From positions 41,818 through 105,817 of the forward strand of contig JBAZLK010000002.1 in NCBI GenBank assembly GCA_041650335.1: 64,000 bases of DNA, read 5' to 3'. The notes under the pieces are model-generated. The model ran no database searches, was not told where the DNA came from, and saw only the letters and a program-made list of their open reading frames with translations. This document shows positions 11,937 to 23,537 of this stretch, in pieces (positions within the stretch are counted from its first letter, which is position 1; every line of letters begins with the position of its first letter). Made by a program: the position numbers and the translations under genes. This DNA comes from Patescibacteria group bacterium. Lineage in GTDB: Bacteria > Patescibacteriota > Patescibacteriia > JAHIZJ01.

Positions 11937-14855
11937 CTAAACCTGGCGAAATTCGCAAATATCTCGAAAGTCGCAGAAACCGCAATGAAATCCGGGTGTG
12001 GCGCGAAAATCGCTGTGGCGTAATGCCTCAGCCGTGTTGCGTATTTTTTCCTTAACTTTTGTCAGCGCCGCTTCGTCCGCGGAAAACGTTACCCGTTGAT
12101 TATCCTCAAGGTAATGATAGCTCAATCGGCTTGGTTCGCGTTTCAGACTTTCCCGAGCGGCGATGGCATAGATTAAGAGCTGTTCCGGATCTTCAACCTT
12201 TTTCGCTGCCGGTTTTTTACCAGTTTTGTAATCGATAATTTCAACGGTTTTGTCTGATAATTCATCCAGTCGGTCAATCACACCCTTAACCGAATACATA
12301 TCCACCTTAATAACGAAACCGCGCTCTAAATACAAGGGCGCGGGAAAGTTCCCGTGATATGAATCAAAATATGCCCGGAGCGCTTTTTCGCCTTGTTTCT
12401 TCCGCTCAGCCATGTGTTCAGGCGAATCATACCACTCACCAATCCAATGCTCCTCATATAATTTTTTCAGCTGTTCCCAGGTCGGCGTCTGCCCGCGCTG
12501 TCGCAATTGAAAGAAATCCTTTAAAGCATTGTGGATTGTCTTTCCGTAGCTAAACGTGTGTTTCGGCTCCGGCGGAACCCGCAGAATGAACATAAACCGA
12601 TATTGATACGGACAGGTCCAGAAGGCTTTGAGCTGCGTGAAGCTCAGCTGCGTCGGCAGGACATGGCGTTGCACTAACTGACGCTTTTCTGTTACTTCCT
12701 CTGGGTAATCCAGGCCAAGCTTCAGCTTGACTCCAACCGCCTGAACGTATTTCTCATAACGGATTTCCTTTAAAAAGCGCGAGGGTTTTTTCTTCTGTTT
12801 GCCGCCGTATTCCTCCGCGGTCGTAAAAAAGAGTCCGTCCTTGGCCCGCGTCATCGCTACATACAACAGACGACGCTCTTCCTGGAGGTGGATATCGCCG
12901 CTCGGCAAGATTTCACGAACGAGCGCGTCCGGCACTTCGATTTGCTCGCGGCGCTCAATCGACGGAAAGCGTTTGTCAACGAGATTGACGATAAACACGT
13001 AACGGAATTCTAAGCCCTTGGCCGCGTGAACCGTCATGATTGTTATCGCCTCAGGCCCCTCGCGCATAACCGAGGGCGACGGATCCTCGCCGATTTCAAG
13101 CATTAACGAGAGCTCGGCCATGAAATTCTTTACCGATTTGTCCTGGTTGCGGTTTTCGAATTCTGATATCTTTTTGAAAAACTTATTAATATTCAATATT
13201 TTCTCGGCATTGGCGAGTGATTCCGTGGCCGTGAGCTCTTTCAAATAGGTGGATTCTTTCAAAAAGCGAAACAGGATTTGGCCGACGGATTTCCAGCGGG
13301 TCAGCTCGGTGTGTTCGGATATCATTTTTACGATTGCATCGATCTTCCTGGCCACCGGGATCGCGACGCCAAACTCGCGGACGCGCGGCAATGCTTCAAA
13401 CAGCGACTGGCTGTACTGGTGGGCGGCGTGTGTAATTTTCGCAATCTCAACCACCGGGATCTTAAACGCCGGTATGGACAGCACCCGATAAACGGCCGAG
13501 CTCTCGTGATAGTTATCAAGCAACTTCAAATACGCTATAAGATCGAGAATCTCCGGTTTTTGAAACAACCCACGCGTGGCAATGAATTGAAATGGCAGCC
13601 CCTGGACGGTCAGCGTGGCGATATATGGATCGGCCATGTCGTTTGCCCGAACCAAAATCGCGAAATCGTTCCAGCTGGCCTCTTCTTTTTTTCTCAATTC
13701 AAGAATTTTCTTTGTGACCGAGGCGACTTCACGCTCGACCGTTTCACTGTGGATGTGTTCGATCACGGCTGGACCGGTCCGTTGCGATCGCAATTTCTTT
13801 GACAGCGGCGTTTTTCCGGGTCCTGAAAGTTGCGCCTCCAGCCGATTGGGATTATTGAGCTGAATAAATTCATAGGCGACGTCGAGAATGTTCTGCTTGT
13901 TTCGGTAATTTTCCACCAGGACGACGTTTTTCGCGCTTGGAAAATCTTCCTTGAATTTCAAAATATTGGAAATGGAAGCGCCACGGAATTTGAAAATCGA
14001 CTGATCATCGTCACCGCAGACTGTTACGTTGTTTTGAGGGGCAGCCAGGAGTTTAACCAGCTCGTATTGGGCATAGTTGGTATCCTGGAACTCATCAACG
14101 AGTAAATATTTAAACTGTCGGCGAAATTTTTCGAGGACGGTCTGGCGCGTTTGAAATAGTTTCAGCGTATACAAGATCAGGTCGCCGAAGTCCAACCAGC
14201 CTTTTTCATGTAACAAACCCTGATAGACCACATACGCGTTGGCTGCCTCAAGCGTCCGCTCGGCCTGTTCCTTTTCTTCCAGCGTGCCCGTTGCTTTCTC
14301 GGTAACCAGTTTCTTCGCATAGTCAAGGTATTCCGACGGTTCAATATGTTCGTCTTTCAACCGCGAAAAATGTTTCACCAGGGCGTAAATGAACCGGTTC
14401 GGGTTACCGAGCGGCTTGTAGTATTTGAGGTTGAAGCGCTCGAAATTCTGACGGACGAGAAACCATTGTTCCGGCGCGGTCAGAATTTTGAAACCGGGGC
14501 TCAAGCCGATGTCGAGCGCGTAATCTTTCAACACCCGCTCGCCAAAGGCATGGAAGGTCGAGACCCAGAGGTCGACGTAGCCGTAGGGCAAGAGCAGGTC
14601 AACGCGCTCCTCCATTTCACCGGCCGCCTTATCGGTGAATGTCAGCGCCAGGATTTCATCCGGCGCCGCCTTTTTCTCGTAGATCAACCAGGCGAGACGG
14701 TGCGTAACGACCGTTGTTTTGCCCGTCCCCGCCCCAGCCACGATCAAGAGCGGCCCGTCGGAAAACGTGACCGCCTCGTGCTGCTGGGCGTTTAGATTCT
14801 TGAATGACTCCGTGTACGCGTCAGCGGTGTATTCGGTTTTTTTCTTCCGTGGCAT
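11937..14855 (-). CDS. UvrD/PcrA-family helicase fused to a C-terminal PD-(D/E)XK nuclease
   Basis: AGAGTGKT, LVDEFQD, GDDDQSI, TVHAAKGLEF, EERRLLYVAMTRA; C-terminal CPYQY...IDRLD...IIDYKTG...QLLIY...CGFCDFRDIC. Confidence 0.93.
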   Translation of the reverse strand: MPRKKKTEYTADAYTESFKNLNAQQHEAVTFSDGPLLIVAGAGTGKTTVVTHRLAWLIYEKKAAPDEILALTFTDKAAGEMEERVDLLLPYGYVDLWVSTFHAFGERVLKDYALDIGLSPGFKILTAPEQWFLVRQNFERFNLKYYKPLGNPNRFIYALVKHFSRLKDEHIEPSEYLDYAKKLVTEKATGTLEEKEQAERTLEAANAYVVYQGLLHEKGWLDFGDLILYTLKLFQTRQTVLEKFRRQFKYLLVDEFQDTNYAQYELVKLLAAPQNNVTVCGDDDQSIFKFRGASISNILKFKEDFPSAKNVVLVENYRNKQNILDVAYEFIQLNNPNRLEAQLSGPGKTPLSKKLRSQRTGPAVIEHIHSETVEREVASVTKKILELRKKEEASWNDFAILVRANDMADPYIATLTVQGLPFQFIATRGLFQKPEILDLIAYLKLLDNYHESSAVYRVLSIPAFKIPVVEIAKITHAAHQYSQSLFEALPRVREFGVAIPVARKIDAIVKMISEHTELTRWKSVGQILFRFLKESTYLKELTATESLANAEKILNINKFFKKISEFENRNQDKSVKNFMAELSLMLEIGEDPSPSVMREGPEAITIMTVHAAKGLEFRYVFIVNLVDKRFPSIERREQIEVPDALVREILPSGDIHLQEERRLLYVAMTRAKDGLFFTTAEEYGGKQKKKPSRFLKEIRYEKYVQAVGVKLKLGLDYPEEVTEKRQLVQRHVLPTQLSFTQLKAFWTCPYQYRFMFILRVPPEPKHTFSYGKTIHNALKDFFQLRQRGQTPTWEQLKKLYEEHWIGEWYDSPEHMAERKKQGEKALRAYFDSYHGNFPAPLYLERGFVIKVDMYSVKGVIDRLDELSDKTVEIIDYKTGKKPAAKKVEDPEQLLIYAIAARESLKREPSRLSYHYLEDNQRVTFSADEAALTKVKEKIRNTAEALRHSDFRATPGFHCGFCDFRDICEFRQV

Positions 14856-14867
14856 TGCTATGTAAGG

Positions 14868-15893
14868 CTATAAATTATGTATCTTCTGTATGACCACATC
14901 GTCAATATCGATGTATCCCCGTTTCCGGTTTCGGCGTTCGATCTCCCAAGATTGTTCGCCTGGGATGTGGATGTCCTTCACGCCCCGAATCTTCCGCGCT
15001 GTTTTCACGTCTCGGATAAGTCGATTTACGTCGGATTGAAACTTCTGGCGCGTCGTAAAAGCCAGGGGGTTCATGACAATAAAAAGAAAACCGCGATACA
15101 GTTTCGTGTTCTTGCCCACGGCCGTGCGCACCAACGGACCGGTCAAAATCTCAAACGCCAACGCCAGGGCATATCCCTTATATCCGCCGAAGGGCAGTAC
15201 CGCGGCTACTTTGTTCGGATTTGTGGTCGGTCTGCCCAGACGATCAATCGCCCAATGCGGATCAATCTTCATGCCCAGTTCTTTTGCCAGTCGCACGTGG
15301 TAGTACGCCCGCGCCGAGGTCGCCATGTCGATCACGATCGGGTACGGTTTATACGGTATACCGATGCCGATCGGGTTCGTCGAAAGGATGGGTTCTCGCG
15401 CTCCGGTGGGTGCCATGAGCGGCCCGCCTCCGTAATTGAAGCAAAGCGCGATCATCCCTTGCTGCGCCGCCTTCTCCGCCCAAGAGCCAGGCCGGAGAAA
15501 TGCCTGAATTTTTCCGCCACCAACCATGGCAATGCCATTCCTTTTTGCTTTTTGCACGGCCAGTTTGATAGCGCGCTCGGCCACGAGTTGGCCGATGTCA
15601 TTGTGGCCGTCGATAAATGCGTAGGCCGGCTTATCTACCGCTATCTTGAAATGACTGCGTTTTTTTCTGTTTCGGAGCATCTTCAAGTCGCTTTTGGAAT
15701 CAGTGGACGCACGGTAATCACCTTTCATCCTCTGATAGGCGCGAATAAATCCGAACACGCCGTGTGACCGCTTGCCCTTCATTTCACCGATAATATATTC
15801 TTCGGCAATGATTACTGCCTCTCTTTTCGTAAATCCAACGCGCAAAAGCTTGTTATGAAGTAATCCTCGAAGGTCGGCGATGCGTATTCTCAT
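14868..15893 (-). CDS. Ldh_2 (type-2 malate/L-lactate dehydrogenase) family oxidoreductase
   Basis: G..SHG, TNPI, DMATS, GGYKGYAL, IPGE. Confidence 0.88.
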   Translation of the reverse strand: MRIRIADLRGLLHNKLLRVGFTKREAVIIAEEYIIGEMKGKRSHGVFGFIRAYQRMKGDYRASTDSKSDLKMLRNRKKRSHFKIAVDKPAYAFIDGHNDIGQLVAERAIKLAVQKAKRNGIAMVGGGKIQAFLRPGSWAEKAAQQGMIALCFNYGGGPLMAPTGAREPILSTNPIGIGIPYKPYPIVIDMATSARAYYHVRLAKELGMKIDPHWAIDRLGRPTTNPNKVAAVLPFGGYKGYALALAFEILTGPLVRTAVGKNTKLYRGFLFIVMNPLAFTTRQKFQSDVNRLIRDVKTARKIRGVKDIHIPGEQSWEIERRNRKRGYIDIDDVVIQKIHNL

Positions 15894-15920
15894 GGCTATG
15901 TCGTTAGATATAATATACGT

Positions 15921-16622
15921 TCATTGTACCCTCTTTTTTCGTGGTTGCAAATGTATGATTTTCTTCGCGATGACCGGATTGACCCGCCAAAACTTCGCCC
16001 AAGCGACGATCAGGGCGTGGAGTTCATTATAATAACACGCCTGCTTCGGCAAACCCCGCTCAAACCATTGTTGGCATTCATCATAGCTCTTGAACCGCAA
16101 ACCCATTTCAGCAAGCAGGCGCCTGGTATACGCGTCCACGACAAATACCGGCTTGCCGCCAGCATATAACAGGATCGAGTCCGCAGTTTCCGGTCCGATG
16201 CCCCATAATGATAAGAGTTCTGGCCTGGCAGTAGTCAACGGTTTTTTGAAAAATATTTTCAAGTCGCCCTGGTATTTATTCAACAGCCAGCGGCAAAACA
16301 CTTTTAGCTTCTTTGTCTTTTGAAAAAAGTAGCCGCTCGGTTTTATCGCCCGGGCCAGCCTTTTTGCATCAGCCTTGATTATTGCCGGTGGCGACAACAG
16401 GCGTCTTTGTTTCAGTTGCGCCAGCGCGCGTTCCACGTTTTTCCAAGCGGTGTTTTGGGTCAGGATCGCGCCGACTGCGATTTCAAACATCTGCGATGAC
16501 GTTACCCGCCCTCGTGTTTTGTAAACCGACCTCCACTCCCCTTTTATCTTTTCCAAAATCGGCCACCACCCCTGGGGACCGAAGTGTTTGTAAAGACACC
16601 TGTCTAATTCAATAGGTTTCAT
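15921..16622 (-). CDS. HhH-GPD endonuclease III-related protein lacking the Fe-S tail
   Basis: GPQGWWP, GAILTQNTAW, LWGIGPETADSILLY, VVDAYTRR. Confidence 0.9.
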   Translation of the reverse strand: MKPIELDRCLYKHFGPQGWWPILEKIKGEWRSVYKTRGRVTSSQMFEIAVGAILTQNTAWKNVERALAQLKQRRLLSPPAIIKADAKRLARAIKPSGYFFQKTKKLKVFCRWLLNKYQGDLKIFFKKPLTTARPELLSLWGIGPETADSILLYAGGKPVFVVDAYTRRLLAEMGLRFKSYDECQQWFERGLPKQACYYNELHALIVAWAKFWRVNPVIAKKIIHLQPRKKRVQ

Positions 16623-16632
16623 GAAGATATTA

Positions 16633-16689
16633 TGCCACTTTTCTTTAGAATTAGATATGCAACTTTTCTTGACAGCAAGAAAAGTGGCA
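16633..16689. repeat. Three copies of a 13-bp motif (two direct, one inverted)
   Basis: TGCCACTTTTCTT 16633-16645, TGCAACTTTTCTT 16658-16670, AAGAAAAGTGGCA 16677-16689. Confidence 0.8.
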
Positions 16690-16696
16690 ATGAGTC

Positions 16697-17707
16697 TTAT
16701 TTATTATCCGTACGGTGGCGATTAGTAGCTAATTGACCGCAGGCGGCTTTTATATCCTGCCCAAAGCTGAACCGCTGGGTGACCGCTACGTGGTTCTGAC
16801 GCAAGGTTTGGATAAACTCTTTTACCTTCTTCGAAGACGCAGGCTTGTATTTTCCCGTCGGGTTGTACGGAATGACGTTGACCATAAACAGCGGCTGATC
16901 CATTAATTCAGCCAGTTGCAGGGCGCATTCTTCGGTGTCATTCAAGCCGTCGATTAATAGATATTCGAACATCACCCGCCGGTTTGTCGTCCGGACATAT
17001 TCCGTAACCACGGCCATAACCTGGCGCAATGGATATGTGTTGTTAATCGGCATCAGTTCCGAGCGCAATGTATCATTCGGCGCGTGCAGGGAAATAGCGA
17101 GATTTACCTCGAGGTTTTCCTGCGTGAATTTCTTGATACCGGGGACGATGCCGCTCGTCGATATGGAGATGTGGCGGGCGCCGAGTCCGAACGCGTTGGG
17201 GTCGTTTAACAGCCGGATCGACGACAGCACCGCGTCATAGTTTAAAAACGGCTCGCCCATGCCCATATATACAACGCTCTGAACGCGTTCACCGTCCTCT
17301 TTTAAGAGCCGCGCAAACACCAGCACCTGGCTGACGATCTCCCAGACAGTCAGATTCCGCTTGAAGCCCATCTGACCGGTGGCGCAAAAACTGCAGTTGA
17401 CCGGGCAACCCACTTGGCAGGAAACACAAACGCTGTTTCGGCCGGGATATCGCATCAGCACGGTTTCAATCACCGAGTCGTCAGACAGCGTCAGTGTCGC
17501 TTTGGTGGTTCGGTTATCTTTTGATTTATAAAAATCGGTTTGATATGACAAGGGCGCCGTCCCTGCGCATTGCTGGCGTAGGGCCTTTGGCAATACCGTC
17601 GCTTGCTCCCAATCGGAAATGCAGTCTTTAAAAACCGCCTGATACACTTGTTTCAGACGATACGCCGGCTGGCCTGGAAATTGTAATGGTAGAACGGGTT
17701 TCGACAT
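16697..17707 (-). CDS. rlmN: 23S rRNA m2A2503 radical-SAM methyltransferase
   Basis: CPVNCSFC, MGMGEP, SLHAP, AACGQL. Confidence 0.93.
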   Translation of the reverse strand: MSKPVLPLQFPGQPAYRLKQVYQAVFKDCISDWEQATVLPKALRQQCAGTAPLSYQTDFYKSKDNRTTKATLTLSDDSVIETVLMRYPGRNSVCVSCQVGCPVNCSFCATGQMGFKRNLTVWEIVSQVLVFARLLKEDGERVQSVVYMGMGEPFLNYDAVLSSIRLLNDPNAFGLGARHISISTSGIVPGIKKFTQENLEVNLAISLHAPNDTLRSELMPINNTYPLRQVMAVVTEYVRTTNRRVMFEYLLIDGLNDTEECALQLAELMDQPLFMVNVIPYNPTGKYKPASSKKVKEFIQTLRQNHVAVTQRFSFGQDIKAACGQLATNRHRTDNK

Positions 17708-17745
17708 CTTCTTGAGAATACCACATCGAGGGCTGAAAACAAAGC

Positions 17746-17776
17746 AAAAACCCCGGCGGGAGGCCGGAGTTTTTTA
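17746..17776 (-). terminator. Intrinsic terminator of the atp operon
   Basis: CTCCGGC-loop-GCCGGGG followed by TTTTT just after the atpC stop. Confidence 0.75.
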
Positions 17777-17778
17777 TA

Positions 17779-18243
17779 TTATTCGTTGGATTTTTTCTTC
17801 AGTTCGTCTTCCTTGATCACCTGGTCAGCCCGACGCGACCGGTGGCGCTCAGCCACCTGTAAACGTGCCAATTCTTTCTCAATCTTCGTCATGACGGCTG
17901 CAAATTCCTTCTGATCAGTCCGGCGAGTTTTTAACAGCTCCTCCGCTTTTTGCCGCGCTTCCCGCGCCCGCTCAATATCAATCTCCTCGGCCCGCTCAGC
18001 TGTTTCTGCCAGCACGACGACTTTAGTCGGCTGAATCTCGGCAAAACCCGACGAGATGGCCATCGGTACGACGGTGTCGCCTTTTTTTACCCTGAGCTCG
18101 CCCGCCGCTATAGCCGTGATCAATGGAATGTGGTGCGGTAACACAGTAATCTCGCCCAGCGGCGTGGGCAACGACACCTGATCAATCTCAGCACTATAGA
18201 CAACGCGCTCGGGAGTAACAATTTGGAAGTTAATGGTTGCCAT
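17779..18243 (-). CDS. atpC: ATP synthase epsilon subunit
   Basis: IVTPER, GEITVLPHHIPL, SSGFAEI; start moved to the ATG at 18243 to avoid overlapping atpD. Confidence 0.95.
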   Translation of the reverse strand: MATINFQIVTPERVVYSAEIDQVSLPTPLGEITVLPHHIPLITAIAAGELRVKKGDTVVPMAISSGFAEIQPTKVVVLAETAERAEEIDIERAREARQKAEELLKTRRTDQKEFAAVMTKIEKELARLQVAERHRSRRADQVIKEDELKKKSNE

Positions 18244-18247
18244 GGTG

Positions 18248-19633
<1,386 letters not shown>

Positions 19634-19764
19634 TCAATGAAAAATTAATAATTCTCATCCCTACAGGAGATCTCCCGCAGGGAGAAAAATGTAAAATTAT
19701 GGTGTTAAGATTTGATAAGCGCAGCGATTCATTCCTTTTGAATTTTGAATTAAAAAATTATTTA

Positions 19765-20679
19765 TTAATTGGTCAGGACAGCCCGCGAGGCCGAAATCTC
19801 GGCAAGATCACGAGTGATCGCGGCTTGCCGGGCCTGATTAAACGATAAGACGAGATCATTAATATAATCCTCGGCGTTTTCCGTCGCGTTGCGCATCGCC
19901 ATCATGCGGGCGGAATGCTCGGAGGCGTTTGATTCTAGCACGGCCTGATAGATCTGAACTTCGACTAAGCGCGGTAAGATAGTTTGTAAAACATCATCGG
20001 GCGACGGCTCAAATAAATATTCTGAAAAATCCATTTTTGTTTCCGCGGCTATCGAAGCGTCGGCTGAAACCGCACCCAGGCCATCAATTTGCTTCTCAAT
20101 CGGCAATAACTGGCGCAAACGCGGCAGCTGTTTCAGGGCGGAGACGAAATCCGTATACACCAGCGTGACGCGGTCGTATTTTTCAGCGCTAAAATCATCG
20201 ATCAGTAGGCGCGACAACGGCGTAACGGCAGTGAGTTCCGTGACGACATCGACTTTTTCAAATTCAGCCACAATCGTGTAGCCGAGTTTGAGAACCGCCT
20301 CGCGGCCCCGTTTGCCGAGCACGATCAAGTGGAAATGCATATCGGGCCGCTCATTCTTTCGCTGAGCGATATAATCTGAAACGATTCTGACGATTTGTTG
20401 ATTGAAGCCGCCGCATAACCCGCGATTTGAGCTGATGAGGACGATTGCTTCGTTTTTCACCGGGCGGCGTTTCAGCAGCGGATAGCGTTCCCGATCGGTT
20501 TTCGACGCTAAATTCAAGACCATTTCCCACGCCAATGCCGCGTACGGCCGCGTCGCCTGGACCGCTTTGATGGCTTTCCGCATCTTCGCAGCCGAAACCA
20601 GTTCCATCGCCTTAGTGATCTGTTTCGTGCTGGTGATGGAACGGATCCGTCGTTTTATGTCTCTCGTACTGACTGCCAT
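19765..20679 (-). CDS. atpG: ATP synthase gamma subunit
   Basis: QITKAMELVSAAK, RGLCGGFN, ARMMAM, RQAAIT. Confidence 0.98.
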   Translation of the reverse strand: MAVSTRDIKRRIRSITSTKQITKAMELVSAAKMRKAIKAVQATRPYAALAWEMVLNLASKTDRERYPLLKRRPVKNEAIVLISSNRGLCGGFNQQIVRIVSDYIAQRKNERPDMHFHLIVLGKRGREAVLKLGYTIVAEFEKVDVVTELTAVTPLSRLLIDDFSAEKYDRVTLVYTDFVSALKQLPRLRQLLPIEKQIDGLGAVSADASIAAETKMDFSEYLFEPSPDDVLQTILPRLVEVQIYQAVLESNASEHSARMMAMRNATENAEDYINDLVLSFNQARQAAITRDLAEISASRAVLTN

Positions 20680-20697
20680 GGTAACAACGAATTATTT

Positions 20698-22215
20698 TTA
20701 CGCTTGTTCAGAACTAAACATCTTTTTATATTCGTCAATCGCCGCTTTCAAACCCGATTCAACTTTTTCAGTCAGTTCGGCTGCTTTCTTCAGCTCGGCC
20801 AAGAAATCGGATTTTTGGCTGATTAAATACTGATGTAAACCTTTTTCAAACGCCGGCACTTTCTCAACCGCGATATCATCGAGTAAGCCGTTCACAACCG
20901 CGTACAGGATCGCCACTTGCAGGCTGACCGGTTGCGGCACGTATTGCGGTTGTTTGAGAATTTCCGTGATCCGTTTCCCCCGCTCCAACTGGCGTTGGGT
21001 GGCTTCATCGAGATCAGAGCCGAATTGCGCGAAGGCCGCCAGTTCGCGGTATTGCGCCAGGTCCAGACGCAGTCGACCGGCCACCTTTTTCATCGCTTTG
21101 ATCTGCGCTGACGAACCGACCCGCGAAACCGACAAACCAATATTCAGGGCCGGCCGGATACCTTGATAGAATAAGTCGCCTTCAAGAAAGATTTGTCCGT
21201 CGGTTATGGAAATGACGTTGGTCGGAATATAGGCGGAGATGTCGCCGGCTTGCGTTTCAATGATCGGCAGAGCGGTCAATGATCCGCCGCCGTGCTTTTT
21301 GTCCATTTTCGCAGCCCGTTCGAGCAAGCGCGAATGGAGATAAAAGATGTCGCCTGGGAACGCCTCGCGACCGGGCGGCCGGCGGAGCAACAACGATACC
21401 TGCCGATAGGCGGTCGCGTGCTTCGATAAATCGTCGTAAATCACCAGCGCATCCTTACCCGCGTCCATGAAAAATTCGCCCATCGCACAACCGGCGTATG
21501 GCGCGATGTATGAAAGTGAAGCTGGGTCTGAGGCCGAGGTGACGATCACCGTCGTATATTTCATCGCCCCGCGGGCTTCCAGCTCGGCTACGATCCGGGC
21601 GACCTTCGATTCCTTCTGACCGATCGCGACGTAGAAACAAAAGACGTTCTGGTCGTGCTGGTTCAGGATGGTATCGATGGCAATGGCCGTTTTGCCGGTC
21701 TGCCGGTCGCCGATAATCAATTCGCGCTGGCCGCGACCGATCGGAATCATCGAGTCAATCGCTTTTAAACCGGTCTGAAGCGGCGTATTCACCCCTTGGC
21801 GCGTGACCACGCCGGGCGCGATCTTCTCAACCGGGTAGTATTTTTCCGCTTTGATCGGGCCCTTGCCGTCAATCGGCCGGCCGAGCGGATCGATAACGCG
21901 GCCGATGACCGCTTTGCCGACCGGCACTTCGAGTATCCGGCCGGTGCTTTTGACCGTATCGCCTTCTTTCAAGTGCTGGTACTCGCCCAGAATTATCGCG
22001 CCGACCGAATCCTCGTCCAGATTGAGCGCCACCCCCATGGTCTGCCCGGGAAATTCAAGCATTTCCGATGCGCGGCAATCGGATAGACCGGAGATCCGCG
22101 CGATCCCGTCGCCCAATTCGATGATTTGGCCGACCTTTTCCACTTTGGCCTGTTCGCGGAAGTCGGTGATCTGTTTTTTTAGTGATTCGATGACGTAATC
22201 TTTTGTCGTTGACAT
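20698..22215 (-). CDS. atpA: ATP synthase alpha subunit
   Basis: [29 protein letters not shown]; ATG at 22215 preferred over TTG at 22233. Confidence 0.98.
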   Translation of the reverse strand: MSTTKDYVIESLKKQITDFREQAKVEKVGQIIELGDGIARISGLSDCRASEMLEFPGQTMGVALNLDEDSVGAIILGEYQHLKEGDTVKSTGRILEVPVGKAVIGRVIDPLGRPIDGKGPIKAEKYYPVEKIAPGVVTRQGVNTPLQTGLKAIDSMIPIGRGQRELIIGDRQTGKTAIAIDTILNQHDQNVFCFYVAIGQKESKVARIVAELEARGAMKYTTVIVTSASDPASLSYIAPYAGCAMGEFFMDAGKDALVIYDDLSKHATAYRQVSLLLRRPPGREAFPGDIFYLHSRLLERAAKMDKKHGGGSLTALPIIETQAGDISAYIPTNVISITDGQIFLEGDLFYQGIRPALNIGLSVSRVGSSAQIKAMKKVAGRLRLDLAQYRELAAFAQFGSDLDEATQRQLERGKRITEILKQPQYVPQPVSLQVAILYAVVNGLLDDIAVEKVPAFEKGLHQYLISQKSDFLAELKKAAELTEKVESGLKAAIDEYKKMFSSEQA

Positions 22216-22248
22216 ACGTGTATCAGAGTTCAAATATGAAATAATTAA

Positions 22249-22650
22249 TTATTCGCTCAATGATTGCTTCAGGGTTTGCAACCTGGTCCGCAAACTGGCG
22301 TCAATCAAGAGATCGGGAAAGGCAACGATCATTCCGCCGAGAACCTGGCCATCCACGTGTTCCTGCAACCGGATCGTTTTTTTCAACATTTGGCCGAGCG
22401 TTTTTTCGATTTCCTTTTTCTCCGCCTCTGGCACCCGCTGGGCGGTCGTGAGATTTCCCTCGACCACACCTTCCTGGATCAGCGCCTGGCGCTGGTATTC
22501 CTGGATTATCTTTTCGGCCAGCAAGGTCTGATTCCGATCGGCTAACAGAGTCACAAATCGGCGGACGATCGCATCAATTTCAGCGTGCGTTAACCCGCGG
22601 GTCAGTTCATGAAGCGCGATCGCATATTGTTTTGCCGTCAGCCGTTTCAT
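22249..22650 (-). CDS. atpH: ATP synthase delta subunit (short form)
   Basis: YAIAL, VLGGMIV...IDASL; lies between atpF and atpA. Confidence 0.9.
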   Translation of the reverse strand: MKRLTAKQYAIALHELTRGLTHAEIDAIVRRFVTLLADRNQTLLAEKIIQEYQRQALIQEGVVEGNLTTAQRVPEAEKKEIEKTLGQMLKKTIRLQEHVDGQVLGGMIVAFPDLLIDASLRTRLQTLKQSLSE

Positions 22651-23153
22651 GCTTTCTGTTTTACTATTTCAGCAAGCGCGCGCTGGACCAGTTCGCGGTC
22701 TTTTTTCTCGTCCAGGCGCTCCAGAAGTATTTTCTCGACCGCCTGCACGACCACGTCGGCCACTTCCGCCTGCGCTTCTTTTACCAGGGTAATTTTCGCT
22801 TGGGCCAGTTCGGCTTTCGTGCGTTTGACGATCTCTTCAACCTCGGCGTTCGCCAATTTTAACTTTTCCTGGCGCAGCGCTTCGGCCTTTTGCATCACCT
22901 CGTCGAGTATTTTCTGGGCCTGCTGCCGAGCTGATTTTAATGCCGCCTCTTTCTCTTTGGCCGATTCTGCCAGATTTCGCTCGATTTGTTTGGCGTCATC
23001 GAGGCTTTTTTCGATCGTGGCCGTCCGTTTATTCAGCATGCGCAAGATCGGCTTATAGGCAAAGCGGTACAATACGAACAACAAAATAAAGAAATTGATG
23101 ACTTGAGCGATAAGCAATTTCCAATTAATACCGAGCTGGGTAATGAGTTCCAT
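22647..23153 (-). CDS. atpF: ATP synthase subunit b
   Basis: AQVINFFIL...KPI..ML.KR followed by a long coiled coil. Confidence 0.96.
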   Translation of the reverse strand: MELITQLGINWKLLIAQVINFFILLFVLYRFAYKPILRMLNKRTATIEKSLDDAKQIERNLAESAKEKEAALKSARQQAQKILDEVMQKAEALRQEKLKLANAEVEEIVKRTKAELAQAKITLVKEAQAEVADVVVQAVEKILLERLDEKKDRELVQRALAEIVKQKA

Positions 23154-23185
23154 ATGCGCTGAAAAAGTTAATTATGAACACATCT

Positions 23186-23215
23186 GATTGGCCGTCGATT
23201 TGGCGACAGCCAATC
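23186..23215 (-). other. Stable intergenic hairpin after atpE
   Basis: GATTGGCTGTCG-ccaaat-CGACGGCCAATC, 12-bp stem with one G-U pair, no U tract. Confidence 0.6.
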
Positions 23216-23229
23216 CTATCTGCCGATAA

Positions 23230-23457
23230 TTAGACAAATTTGATGATCAGCGCGACCACCAACGCATAAATCGCGATGGCTTCGGCGAAGGCGATGGCAA
23301 TCAACATCGGCACTTGAATTTTCGAGGCGGACTCTGGGTTCCGGCCGATTGATTCCATAGCCTTGCCCGCCAGTTTACCGATCGCCATGGCCGGGGCAAA
23401 CCCGCCGATTGCGATGGTCAGCGCGGCCGCTAACATTTTTACTGATTCTGCGTCCAT
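23230..23457 (-). CDS. atpE: ATP synthase subunit c
   Basis: RNPE loop, ion-binding Glu in AFAEAIAIY; SD AAGGAG. Confidence 0.97.
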   Translation of the reverse strand: MDAESVKMLAAALTIAIGGFAPAMAIGKLAGKAMESIGRNPESASKIQVPMLIAIAFAEAIAIYALVVALIIKFV

Positions 23458-23537
23458 GTGTGTACTCCTTATTGATATTTCCCGGCATACGACGAGGGTT
23501 GGTGTTTAGCGTCGGCCCGAAAATATCGGTTAATAAA

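Noticed and set aside
11937-12660. Cas4-like domain as evidence for CRISPR-Cas
   Set aside because: It is fused to a UvrD helicase; no cas1/cas2 or repeat-spacer array seen.
23230-23457. Na+-coupled ATP synthase
   Set aside because: Subunit c lacks the Gln and ES/ET sodium-binding signature (AEA here), consistent with H+ coupling.
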